Below are positions 24,898-37,212 of a stretch of 64,000 nt of DNA, in pieces. This DNA comes from Selaginella moellendorffii (taxonomy: Eukaryota > Plantae > Lycopodiophyta). The stretch spans positions 2,239,544-2,303,543 of the forward strand of contig NW_003314269.1 of NCBI RefSeq assembly GCF_000143415.4, given 5' to 3'. Numbering within the stretch: the stretch's first letter is position 1; each line of letters opens with the position of its first letter. The notes beneath the pieces are model-generated. The model was not told the origin of the DNA. It made no database searches and saw only the letters and a list, made by a program, of their open reading frames with translations. Position numbers and translations under genes: made by a program.

Positions 24898-26565
24898 ATG
24901 GCGTATAGTATAACACTTGTGATTTGCTTCTTCCTGCTGGTAAGTAGCACAGCGATTTTCTAGATTTCTTACTGTGTTTCTGCAAGACTATATGTGAATG
25001 TGATCAAGGAGATTGGACAAACCATGGAGGAGATATCACCAACAGGCGCTTCCAGGAGAAGGAGCACAAGATTAGCCCCCAAAACGCTCACACCCTCGCT
25101 CAAAAGTGGAGATTTGTCACTGGACCATTCGTCTCGGCGACTCCAGCCATCTACAAGGGTGTGGTCTACGTTCCAACTTGGAGTGGGCTTGTCTTTGCGG
25201 TGTCTATGCAAGGATCTTTGGTCTGGAGGGTGAATTTGACACAGATCACAGGCTTGAGTGGGGTGATCTCAAGAACTTCTCCGGCACTGACAAAAGAGCT
25301 GGTAATCATTGGATTGCTCGGCCCTGCCAAGGTTGTCGCGTTGAAAAGAGAGACTGGAAAGCTAGTATGGATCTCCCAGGAGCTTGAGGAAACGCCCCTT
25401 GCGAAAATTACCATGTCTGGAACAGCTCACAAAGAGTAAGTATTTTTCCTATTTATATTACTTATTACTATTGATGTTTATATGTTTTCAGTGCTTTCTA
25501 CGTTGGAATCTCGTCAGACCAAGAGGTGAACGACACCATTTGCTGCACCTTCCAAGGGAGCTTTCAAAAGCTCAGTCTGACGACAGGGTCACGAATCTGG
25601 AAAACGGGCATGCTTCCAGACAACCACGGGCAAAATGAACTTTACTCTGGAGCCGCAATCTGGGGAAGCAGCCCTTCCATCGACGAAAAGCGAGGCCTCG
25701 TCTACATCGCAACTGGAAACCTCTACACGGTTCCAGCGTCCATCCAGGCATGCCTCGATGCAAATCGAACCGGTTGCTTTCCATCAAACGCAACCCTCTG
25801 CGACGATGCGGTGGTCGCACTCGACACGGAGACCGGAGCCATAAGGTGGTGTAACAGGCTCGGTGGCGGCGACGTCTTCTCCTTCATTTGCCGCGACCGG
25901 GAAAATCCACTACCAAAATGCCCCTCGCAGCCGGGCCCGGACTACGACTTTGGAGAATCTCCAATGCTCGTCACCATTCGTCACAGAAACAGATGGAGAG
26001 ATGTGGTTGTCACGGGCCAGAAGAGCGGCATTGTCTGGGCTCACGACCGATCAACTGGAGAACTCGTATGGGAAACTGTAAGTAAACTTAGTATATACAA
26101 GATGATACTAATCCGATGATTGTTCTATAGCTTGCTGGACCTGGTAGCAAGAGTGGAGGAGCAATCTGGGGAGCTGCCGCTGATAACACGAGGATCTACA
26201 CCAACATCGTCAACAGAGATGGGCTGAACTTCACGCTCATCCCATCTAGCAATGTCACTCGGGGGGGCGGCTGGGTAGCCATGGATGCCAACACTGGAGC
26301 GATACTCTGGTCCACGGCAAATCCCACCGGTGCTCTAGCTTATGGAGCGGTGGCCATTTCAAACGATGTGTTGTTTGTTGGATCGTTCGAGGACGCGGGT
26401 TACATTTACGCGCTGGACGCCAGGAATGGGAGGATTGTGTGGAGGGGCATGACAAATTCCAAACAGGGCGGGGGATTCTCTGTGGCCGATGGGTGTGCTT
26501 TCGTTGGATCTGGATACATGCCTCCCACGACCGGTGATTCGATCTACGCGTTCTGTGTGGCCTAG
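24898..26565 (+). CDS. Secreted PQQ-type beta-propeller protein (polyvinyl-alcohol dehydrogenase-like), 4 exons
   Basis: Signal peptide MAYSITLVICFFLL; DWTNHGGDITNRRFQ...LAQKWRF; VSATPAI; repeated ALDxxTGxxxW blades; CCTFQGS; GAAIWGSSPSID; GPDYDFGESP; GQKSG. Confidence 0.85.
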
Positions 26566-27899
26566 CAATTTCAAACTTGAAATTCTAAGAATAAGGGCAG
26601 TACGAAAGTGTACGGTGACCTAGGGCTTTTGGACATATCCCACATGCCGGAGCTTGGTTTCATGCCTGGGAATGTGTATATAAAGAGATTAAGGATCGAT
26701 TTGAAAACACACGAGCCGTGTGGTCAGCGCAAAGCGAACTATTCTTTCGCCTTTTACTAAAGAATACCGTGTGCTGGTCACATAATAGCGGCATATCCAA
26801 ATTTTTGGAACGCTTCCTCACGAAGGCACCCCCCACAAATATAAAATTAAGAAGCATGCTTAGCTTATTGATAATTTTTAAATTCTGACAAATCTGACAT
26901 TTACGAGCTGATTGCAGTTTTCTAAAACGGTTGATATAAATTTTAGATTATAATTTTTTAAATTTATATAAATATTTTCCAATGGGAGAGATAAATGTCA
27001 ACCACAAGAGCTCTCTGGACAAACATACAAAGACTATTAACAACACAACAACCATCATTTAAATTAGGAGATAGGCCACCTTATCTATCCGAAATTCGAG
27101 CGGTCCAATAGCAGTTCATCACCATTGACTGTATTACTACAGGCATGGTTTGGAAGTATGCTCCACACCATATACGGATACACTAACTTCTGCCTTTCTG
27201 CAGGACCACATGATGCTGTTGATGTCACAAAGTCTTGCATATCCACAAAGTGTCCATCTCGATAAGGGCCACCACAGCCAAAATGCTTCTCCCTCCATTG
27301 CTCCATCCCAAATGTTGATGCATCATGTTAGACCACTGATTCACTCTACAATCTCTTCCAGCCAGACACTATGTCACAACAGACCTGCTTATCTATCACA
27401 TTACATATGAAGTCCTTGCTCATATCCCAATTCCTACAGAGATCACCATCTGTGATCCATACCATACCATGATCTCTCCCATATTAGACTCTATATCACA
27501 CCAACCATGGCTCATGACTAGTCATTTTATCTACACCAAGTTGTTGCCACAAGCTGTCCTAGGCCACTCCCACCTGCTTACAACAACCCCCACCAGGTTC
27601 CATGTGTCCCTCTTTTTTCCCCCTAAAAGAAAAAACTCCCCTAATAAAATTTTAAGAAAAATGCTATGTCATTAATATAAAATTTGTCATTAATATAAAA
27701 TTGTAGTGATGATTGCCATTTTTATACATGGCATTATTTTATTAGTTTGTTCTACAGGTTTCAAGCATTTTTCAGTGCTGTCACTTAAGGGGTGGACAGA
27801 ACAAAAAGTTAAAAGTTTCCCCCTTCAAAAAATGTTCCAAAAGGGACACATGAAACCATATAGAAGATTGCTCATGCTATCTCCATCCTGATGACAAGC

Positions 27900-29850
27900 C
27901 AAGGATCCTACTCTACCTAGCCTTCTTAGACAACACTATTTCAACTCAACCTATCTCTAACATATCAAGGCTTACTTCTTGAGGTGTTAATGGTTTGTCA
28001 ATTTACAACTAAATACTACACAGCCCTTAAGCTTGCTAGAAACTGATCCAATTTACGTCTATTACTGTTATTTTCCACCATCTCTCATGATATAAGTAGA
28101 CTTGTCATACTCTAATCTTGCAATAAAGATCACTCACTAGAAAAATCAACAGGAGTATTGCAATCCAACTCAACCTACCAACTAATGTTGTACCATGGTT
28201 AGTAGTGTGTTTTTAAAACTCTACACTTAGCTTCTAGAGCACCACCTTACACTTTGGGTAGAGGACATGAGGATAGAAGTGTCGGGACAGGCTGGATTTC
28301 GGCCCAAATGCAGCTGCATTGATCACTTGATTACTTTGTGAACACTTCTAAACAAAACTAGAGCTAAAAAAACGACATCTCCTTTACTGTTTTGTGGACT
28401 TTCAAAAGGCTTTCAATAATGTGTTGTGACATTTGCTTAACCAACACCTTGAACACCCTGGAGCACCGCTTCACATTTGTCACCTTTACTCTCACATCCA
28501 AGTAGAGCTTAACAAAGATGTCTCCATCATAAGTGATGCAAGAGTTAAACAGGGATGCCCGCTCTCCAGCATTAATATAAACACTCTCAAGACATTGTTT
28601 ACACACATATCACTCTCCTTGATCCAAATGGCTAGCCTTTATCTTCACCTGTTGCTCTATGCGGATGACCTACTCCTCTTTGCTTCCATTGAGTAAGCCA
28701 TGCAACAACAACTTGCTGCTCTTGAGCATACTTAGTCAATAAACGTTTCTAGGTGTTAACACTGCAAAGACACAAATAGTTGTCTTTGGCTTGAAGAAGG
28801 ATCTCTCACCACAACTTTTCTGAGGAGAGGAGATTATGAAAGTTGAGGGCTATAAATATTTGAGTCTGTAAATCCACCGCCAGTGCACGTGGACCACTTA
28901 TGTGACCCATTGAGAAGCAATTGCCTAGCACACACAATCCCTCCATCTATCGTTGGGATGTGAGGAAACAACACTTCAACATGTGGATCACGACCACTCT
29001 TCTCTTGATGCATGGGGACTAAGTACTCAGCCACATGCTGGGCATAACTAGAAGCACTAAACAAGAGCTTCCTCCATCATGACTTCGGGACATGGGAAAA
29101 GACATAATGTGGAATCCTTTGCACAGAATTACTCCAAGTGGAATCCAGGCCTGAAAGAAACAATGCACAACCAAACATAAGACTATGGACTGATGTGTGG
29201 TCACTGCAATCACTAACTCCATTGGTCTTCACAAGGAACTCTAAACCAGATGGTGGAACGACCGTATTACCTAGACAGCACGATTGGGAATTCACTTGGA
29301 AGCGCTCCTTGCCCAACCAGCCATGACAATCTCTTGAGCTTGCTTTGAAAGGGTGGCTTGCGAGGACCAATGTAAAACCACTTTTAAAAGAATACTTGCT
29401 ACAGATCAACCTACAGTGACAAATTGGACTTCTGTTGTACCATGCCATCAGTCCCAGCACATGTCCAATTCTCCCTCGGCATTTCCATGTACGCATAGAC
29501 AGATCCAAAGGCAGAGCACAGGATAGTGATGCAAACGCACAGTGCCACTATGCTACAGAACTGGTGCACACCATTTCCATGTGACAGGTTGGCTCAAGTC
29601 ACCATCTACTCCACAAGAGTAGCAACTCTACCAGCTTTGCTGGCTTGAAGTCAAAGATCTCCAACGTGGTCTAGCCTCTCCAATTGCACGTCTACTTCCC
29701 AATACTCAGGTTTTACACACACTACTTACCCACCTTCCTAGGAGATCTTACAACATCTGCAGATGTTTCAAAGTACCTCCAAGCCATGGAGGAATGCAGG
29801 GACACCCTAATTGAGACAGTCAACCTCATGTAACATTTTAGTATGTTTAT
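27900..29850 (+). mobile_element. Degenerate non-LTR retrotransposon (LINE) reverse-transcriptase remnant; boundaries approximate, may extend to ~27000
   Basis: Broken frames give QAGFRPKCSCIDHL, VDFQKAF, VKQGCPLS and LLLYADDLLLF. Many stops; CpG-poor. Confidence 0.75.
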
Positions 29851-29930
29851 CTATAAATTTATATATTTACAATTTTGTAGTTAGAAAGGTCTCTGCAGTG
29901 CTCAGCAATATTTAGTCCTTTCTCGTTCTC

Positions 29931-31580
29931 TTGGCATTTGGCTTCTCTCGATCCATCCATCCATGGTACCCGCGCAGCGCGATTCCCCTCCCACCACGGA
30001 AAGCTCTCGAGGGTGTCAACTTCGATCTTGCGTCCAGCTTGACGGACGGCAATCTCGAAGAACACCCAGCCGACCGTTTGCAAGCCCGCAAGGAGACGCT
30101 CATCAGGACGCTCGCCTATCTCAAGCAGCAGCTACCCCGGTTCATGGTCCAGGCCAACCAGAAGATTGACGAACTGAATGACTTCCTCGGCATGCATGTA
30201 AGTGATCGTGGTCAAATGTTTGTATGATTGGCTGGTTACTATGACCCCAGATGAACAACATTCCACGAGACTGCATTTCCACCAACACCAAATTCATGGA
30301 GCACCCCATGCTCGACTACTACGCATCACTGTGGAATGCGAAGGGTGACGAGGAAGGAGGGCTATTACGGATTCCTCTTTGACATCAAATGGGATCCACC
30401 GAAGGCAACATGCATGCGCTGTGGAATGCCCGAGATTATCTCGGTGGCAAAATCCTCCTCATGGAATCCGGTGTAGACAAAAAGAAAGTGTTGGCATCTC
30501 CACGGCTTGTCTTTCGCCAAGCAGCCATGCCTCCAAATGCCAAGCCCGCCCCGAGCCAGGAGGAGCGCCGCTCCATTCCCAGAGTGCTGCGAAGAGTTTC
30601 ACGAGAATTACTTCTCGAAGTGGCAGGACGAGGTCCTGTCGCATGACGAGGGCCCCGAGGATAGAACCATCTCTCGCGGAGCTCGTACTCTTCTTTGCAC
30701 AGAGGGGCCACCCCATCTTCGTCAACCTCAACTATGGCACCACTTTCAAGGGCGCCTTCGACAGCGTTGTCGAAGCCATGGACACGCTCGTCCGGTTCTA
30801 CGACCACGACAAGCGGATCATCGACGTCGGCGGTACACCGAGCGTACGGTTCCACGTCGACGGCGCACTCGGTGCCGCTTACATGCCGTATCTCAAGATG
30901 GCAGCGGAGGAAGGCCGCAAGTTTGAGGATGGTTGCGCTGTGGCAGTCGCCCCCGAGTTTGATCTCAGCCTGGACGCTGTGCATTCCATCGCAATGAGCG
31001 GGCACAAGTGGATAGGTGCACTGGTTCCATGCGGCATTTTCATGTCCAAGACAAGGTGATCTGTTCTTGGCGAAAGTTATGACTCTTCCTTGGACGCCAG
31101 ATACCAACTGAACCCACCGAGCAATCCGAACTATATTGGGACTCCAGACACCAGTTTTGCAGGCTCCAGGAATGGCCTCTCGGCGGTCTACATGTGGAGC
31201 GACATCTCCAAGCACAAACTCAAGCAGCAGATTGACAAGGCCGTGCAATGCCAGGGGAAAGCACGATTCATCAACGACACCATGACGGAGCTGGACAAGA
31301 AACTCAAGCTTGATCTCTGGGTCGCACTCTCGCCCACCGTTCGCTTCCGGCAGCTCAACGATGATCTTACGGCCTCGCCAACGTTGTCAATGGTGTGCAA
31401 CGCCTCTATTCACAGGTCTATGCAATGGAGTATGTCACTAAGGAGGTGGTGCTGATGCTTGCAGAGGACGTGGAGAGGTTCGGGCACAAAGCTTTCAAGG
31501 ACTTATCGGATGGAATTGGAGGTGGCGGCAGTGGTGGAGTGGATGCTCCTCGTGTTTCATTCCTGCCTAGCAAATTTTAA
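29931..31580 (+). pseudogene. Group II PLP-dependent amino-acid decarboxylase (HDC/VlmD-like), frameshifted
   Basis: QANQ; MNNI; LDYYASLWNAK; MGSTEGNMHALWNARDYLGGK; VNLNYGTTFKGAFD; FHVDGALGAAYMPY; SIAMSGHKWIG (PLP lysine); YIGTPDTSFAGSRNG. Motifs lie in different frames; introns at 30198-30250 and 31056-31100. Confidence 0.8.
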
Positions 31581-31627
31581 AGCTTTTGCGATGGGATTTA
31601 TATATATATATACATTTACGGATGTTT

Positions 31628-31967
31628 CTACTTTTTCTTGTGTTTCTTCTTGACCTTTTCGATCCCTTCGCGGAGTTTCTCTCGAGTTTCTGGCCTGACG
31701 AAGCGGGATCCTCCCGTGACAACCGCGGCAGCGTTGTCCGGGCACTCGACCGCGAGAGCGCCCAAAACAAAAGCCCCAATCACACCCAATGCCACATTTC
31801 TCCTCGCGCTACTCGGAGGTGCATCCTGCATTGCAGCGCAAAGGCATGCCGGTGATTTGGGCGATAAGATTTTCAAGTAAAGTCTAGAGGACAACCTTGC
31901 CTGGCGATGGCGGAGCTAAATCCTTGTGCTTGATTGCAGTAGTGAATGGCTGAATGACACTCACCAT
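31628..31967 (-). CDS. Small 2-exon protein with twin-arginine thylakoid-lumen-type signal, copy A
   Basis: MVSVIQPFTTAIKHKDLAPPSPGK|DAPPSSARRNVALGVIGAFVLGALAVECPDNAAA-VVTGGSRFVRPETREKLREGIEKVKKKHKKK*. Frame is conserved in the paralog at 32640-32983. Confidence 0.6.
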
Positions 31968-32144
31968 GGCGGAGGCTCGCTTGTTGCCAGGATAAAGTAC
32001 GCTATCTGTAGAAGTATGAGTGAGCGATTCGACGGCCAGGATGGTCTCGGAGTATGATGAGCGGCCTGGATTGGACTAGAAAAGAGCTAGAGGATGAGGA
32101 GAAAATCTCTACACGGTTCTAGCCTCTGTCCAAGCATGCCTCGA

Positions 32145-32550
32145 AATCGAACCAATTGCTTCCCATCAAACGCAACCCTCTGCGACGATGCGTGGTTTCA
32201 CTCGACACGGAGACTGGAGCCATAAGGTGGTGTAACAGGCTCGGTGGCGACTATGTCTTCTCCTTCATTTGCCGCGACCGGGCAAATCCACCACCAAATT
32301 ACCCCTGACAACGACTTTGGAAAATCTCAAATGCTCGTCACCATTCGCTTGTTTGGGCTCACGATCACGTATGGGAAACTATAAGTAAACTTAGTCTATA
32401 CTAGATGATACTAATCAGATGATTGTTCAATAGCTTGCTGGACTTGGTAGCAAGAGTGGAGGAGCAATCTGGGGTTACTTGGCTCCCTCTCTCTGTGGAG
32501 ATACCAGATCCTGGCTCCCACTAAAGCCGGTGATTCGATCTATGCGTTCT
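32145..32550 (+). pseudogene. Truncated, deletion-riddled duplicate of the PQQ-propeller gene 3' half
   Basis: Matches ~25765-26175 (ccatcaaacgcaaccctctgcgacgatgcg..., including the intron) and 26530-26553, with several internal deletions. Confidence 0.9.
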
Positions 32551-32639
32551 AGCACATAGTTTTACTATGATGATTTTGTGATGTTTTACCATTGGTGCTT
32601 TGCTTGATGTGATTTACATATTGATGGACGATGGATGTT

Positions 32640-32983
32640 CTACTTGTTTTTCTTCTTGACCTCTTCGATCTCCTCGCGGATTTTCTCTCGCGTTTCGGGC
32701 CTGACGAAGCGGGATCCTCCCGTGACAACCGCGGCAGCTTTGTCCGGGCGCTCCACCGCGAGAGCCCCCAAAACAAAAGCCCCAATCACACCCAGTGCCA
32801 CATTTCTCCTGGTGCTATTCGACGCGGGTGGAGAAGCATCCTGCAAAATTATCCATGGCCATGCCAGCGATTTTGGACGATAAGATTTTGGAGTGAAGTC
32901 TAGAGCACAACCTTGTGTGGCGATGGCGGAGCTAAATCCTTGTGCTTGATTGCAGCAGCAAATGGCTGAATGGCACTCACCAT
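32640..32983 (-). CDS. Small 2-exon protein with twin-arginine thylakoid-lumen-type signal, copy B
   Basis: MVSAIQPFAAAIKHKDLAPPSPHK|DASPPASNSTRRNVALGVIGAFVLGALAVERPDKAAA-VVTGGSRFVRPETREKIREEIEEVKKKNK*. Confidence 0.65.
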
Positions 32984-33187
32984 GGCGGAGGCTCTCTTGT
33001 TGCGAGGATAGATAAAGTACGCTATCTGTAGTACATGGAAATCGAAATATATACAGAGATTATACACAAATTATGGGTGAGCGATTCAACGGCCAAGATG
33101 GTCTCGGAATAGGCCACGTGATGAGCGGCCTGGATTGGAATAGAATAGGAATGACTCCACTGGGATAAAGAGCTCTAGGGGAAGAAA

Positions 33188-33672
33188 ATGCTGAGAAGAA
33201 TCGCCGCTCGCGGTGGCTCGCTGCTTCGATCGAGGGCGGCGTTGGCGCCGCCAGTGCCAGCTCCATCGTCCTCTATACACGCCCAGATCGATGCCGGGCG
33301 GGGATGGGGATTGCTGGGGCGGCGATGGATGTCCGCCCCTGCGCAAGACGGCATCAGCGAGAAGGAGGCGCTGGACAGGGTGATGATGATCGTCAAGGCG
33401 CACCCCAAAGTGAATCCAGCCAAGGTGAGTGATTGATCGATCGAGGATTTGCTTCTCTGGAATTTAGGGTTCATGCGTGTTTTGTCTCCTCGCAGCTCAC
33501 TCAATCCAGCCATTTCATGAACGATCTGGGTCTGGATAGCTTGGATGTGGTGGAGATTGTGATGGGTTTCGAGGAGGAATTCGTGCTCTACATCCCCGAC
33601 GAAGTTGCTGATAAGCTCGTCTCGGTTCCAGCAGCGGTGGATTTCGTTGCCAAGCATCCAAAAGCCAAGTAA
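33188..33672 (+). CDS. Mitochondrial acyl carrier protein
   Basis: Arg-rich presequence; SHFMNDLGLDSLDVVEIVMGFEEEF phosphopantetheine site; ends KHPKAK; one intron at 33425-33496. Confidence 0.95.
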
Positions 33673-33907
33673 GAACACCACCTCCACGAAATAAATGGGG
33701 GAGGGAAGCTAGAAAAAACCAAACTTTTAGATCTTTGCGAAGAGATAGATGGTGCTGAAAAACCAGGCTTTGGATTTTATTTTGTGGCTGCTGTCCACGA
33801 ACTTGGGAAGTTGATCACATCTCTGGAGACTTTTGAGAGCTTGAAACAGGATCTACTTCCTTTCCGCGAGTCCTGGAAGTTCCAAGTTTTGATCATCGTC
33901 TCTCCCA

Positions 33908-34879
33908 TCACAGCGAAAGCTGAGAGCTTGGATACGGACCTGGAAGAGCCATATCAACTTCCTTGAGCTCCACGACCATGCCTTTGCCGCTAGCCTTCCA
34001 GTGATCGGCCAGAGGATCCACACGGGAGAGTCCGGCTATATCTCGTCTCGACTCAGCTCTCTCAGTCGTGGAGATGTTATATTTCTTGTCTCGCGCTTCC
34101 ACGAGCTTGGAATCAACCGGGCATTCCTCCTGCGGCGACATCATCAGCGCTGGAGGTCCCATTGGAAGCCTGTCACCTGATCACAAGGATAAAAACTCTA
34201 GTTTTCCAGGAAAGATGTTCTTGCCTCGATCGAACTGCCAAGTACACCAAAACTTCCCGTATGTTGGCGCCAGCTTGTGGAGTTCCTGCTTTTGGACGGC
34301 CTCGGGCACGCCTGGGTGGACCCAAAGCCCGGTCTTGATCTAACGAGAGAAGCAGCTTCCCGCTTAGTTTTCCAGGAAAAGAGAATGAAATTACCTCGTG
34401 AGAATGAGAATGCCAAAGCTTCTTTTCCTCGTCTGGCAGCGTTACAAAGATGCGATCCGAGACAATGTACTCCACTCCTGAACTCAAACCAGGCGTGAGT
34501 AACGGACGAAAAAGAAAGAAAGAAAATCTCGCTTGCCTATGAGACGAGCCTGAGAGTCGTCTCGATCGAAGACCAGGCACTGGGTGAAGTCCTCGTTGAC
34601 ACGAGAAGCATAGTGATGGGTTTCAATCTGCCGCTTCATATCGTGGGAGTAGAACGCAAAGGTACAGATGTGCTGCAGGAGAATTAACATCCAAAGAACT
34701 CTGAGAAAAATCACACCTTTGACAAAGCTTACCTCTTGAATCTGCTTCACTGGCTCGAGGGACTGGAGCATATCGGCACCCTTCTCCATTATCTTGGACA
34801 TCATCGTGGTGGGCTTTCCAGGAACATCATCCGGCGAACTTGGGATCTGTCCAGCCGGTACCTTGTCGCACGAAGCCAT
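33908..34879 (-). CDS. Oil body-associated protein (DUF1264, OBAP2-like)
   Basis: VPGKPTTM; [21 protein letters not shown]; ARLIGVEYIVS; [11 protein letters not shown]; [14 protein letters not shown]; [10 protein letters not shown]. Confidence 0.92.
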
Positions 34880-35077
34880 TCGATCGACGCTGCTGTGCTA
34901 CAACGCTAGATTGCTTTCCTCCTCTACCCTCGTTTGCTCTTCCTTCTTCAAGGAATAAGATCCATGCACTTGACACTTGTGCTATCTTGCATGCTGCCAC
35001 GTGCCTGTTTTGCCTGGTTTTTATCTCCTGACAAAACATCAAAGCTTCCTCCCAAGAGTGCAAAGATATGAGTTGCA

Positions 35078-37030
35078 TTACCCATGGAACGATAGATTGG
35101 ATTTGAAAATGGGCGAATCTACACGCCTGCCGGAGTACTCAGCAGACTCCTCCGCTACTCGGGTCCATTCTTTTGCAATTCTCTCAGCGTAGCCGACCTG
35201 GAATGCAAAAGAGCAATGATCAGTTGGAATAGAAAAACCTCTTCATCCAACCTGAGACTGGACAAACCCGTGAATCATATTAAAAAATTCGCTTTGCTTT
35301 GTTCCTTCCAAACGCTCAATCTCTGTCCGGTTGTGATCCTGAGAGACAGGCTTCGAGGGTCAGAAAGAGCGACAACGTAAAAGCAACAGAGAAATCGAGA
35401 CCTTGATTTGGTTGTACTTTTGTTGAGCACACTCACAGGCTTCCTCAGTCATTCTTATAGAGTCTTTCAAATCGTCGATCTTCTTGTTCCTGCCTTTATC
35501 CCCTCCAAAAACTTTTGACGCCGCAGCGCTATGCTTTTCAGCGCGTGCATGCATGATAGAGATATCCGATAGCAAAGTCTGCACAGTTAGCAGCGCATTG
35601 TCGCGGTCCGCAAATGCATATTGAGCCGACTGCAGTACTGCAAGGTGCTCGTGAAGATAGTCCTATGCAGCAAAAAAAACGTCAAGTTCTCGAGCGAGAA
35701 AAAGAAAAAAACGAAAACATACCAGATGTCTTTCGGCTTGCGCATTTGATGCTCTTTGGCCTCTGCTCGATCTCACGACTGCGGTAGCTAGGCGCCGCAC
35801 GTCTGCTCCATGGGGTTTATTGGGTGCCTGCTGCGTTTCCAACTTGGCCAGTTTCATAAACGAAAGTCCCACATCCCCCAGCACGGAGGCAAGATTTTTC
35901 TGAGCCTTGGTGAATGCATCAGCCTGTGTTTCACACACAACATCAAATGAGAAAACGAATAACGGGAGAGAAAGGAAAGATCGGAGAATCAGATAAAGCA
36001 AGGAAAAGAAAAAGTGTAAACTTGCCTGCTGTGAAGCATGAGCTAGCCGCCGCTCACACTCCCGGAGATGCTCCTTCTTCTCCACAAACTCCTTGTCCTC
36101 CTCAACCACGGGAGGTCTGCTTGCCCCCCAGTCATTCGTCACAGACTGCCTGAGCTCCTTGAACAGTCTCAGCAAATCCCTGCCACCTTTCGCAGAGTGC
36201 ACCACCTCCTGCGGATTCACCGCCGCCGGGCCATCGCCAAAGAGCTGCCGTGGAAGCTTGGCAGCACCGTCGAGCATCCTCGACGCCACATCCAGCGTCG
36301 GAACCATCGGGAGCTTGGCCTTGGAAACTATGAAAGTCCTGAGCTCCTCGCTCTTTCTCAACACTGAGTGAGAGGCCAGCCGGCGCAAGTAGCGCTCGAT
36401 CCCCAGCCGCCGCTGCTCGATGAAGTTGTGCTTGTCCATGATCTGGCTCTCCACGATGCTCTTGTCCGGCCGGGCCGGGATGAAGTAGCCACGGTACTTC
36501 TCCACCAGGCTATCGGCAAGAGCAACGATGTCCTTGAATCTCCTCCTCACGTTGTGCTCGCTCTTCCCATACTCTGGCATGTTTGTTCTAGCGCTGACGA
36601 GATAAGTCACGAAGTAGCTCCCACCTGGGATGAGCGAGCTCGCGGAATCGGCCTCCTTCTGGGGCTGCGTGACGATAATGTTTAAGAATTCTCCCTCGGA
36701 GCTGGATTGCAGCTGGTGGATCAATCGCTCCCCCCCGGCAGTGCTCGTGATTCTAGCCGAAGAAGCATCTTCCAATCTGTCGTCATCGTCGTCGTCGTCG
36801 TCGTCGTTGGTTTCCTTGGAGAATTCTAGCTCTTCTTCCTGGGAATCCTCGCGGCCCAGCGGATGAGCAAGAGGATCCACCGGCGACGCGACCAAGCTAT
36901 AGGTGCTGTTCGAATTGGACCGGCTGGATTCCTCCTCGTCCCTGTCAGCTAGGAGAGGATCCATGGTCAAGCTCTCCACCGAGTACCTGCGATCTGGATC
37001 CAGGGGATGGCCGCCGCTGTCGTCCATCAT
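35078..37030 (-). CDS. SNX2: Sorting nexin 2 (PX-BAR)
   Basis: PX domain VRRRFKDIVALAD...YRGYFIPARPDKS, FIEQRR; AKGGRDLLRLFKELRQSVTNDWG; SKVFGGDK BAR region; stop at 35078-35080. Confidence 0.93.
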
Positions 37031-37212
37031 CGCCGCGCTAGGGCTTTGACTCGCCAGGCGATCGATCAACCGACCAGCGCGCGCGGCACGGCACAACAAC
37101 ACTCACAATGTGGATCAATGAGCTCCCCAGCGCATGGGATCGCCTCTCCTGGACGAGAAAGGGGCAACCCTAGTTCTCCCATGGAATAAAACACGAATCT
37201 GATAGATCCCAG

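Noticed and set aside
27900-31610. Decarboxylase as a LINE-mediated retrocopy or 3' transduction
   Set aside because: It retains two GT-AG introns, which argues for DNA-level movement.
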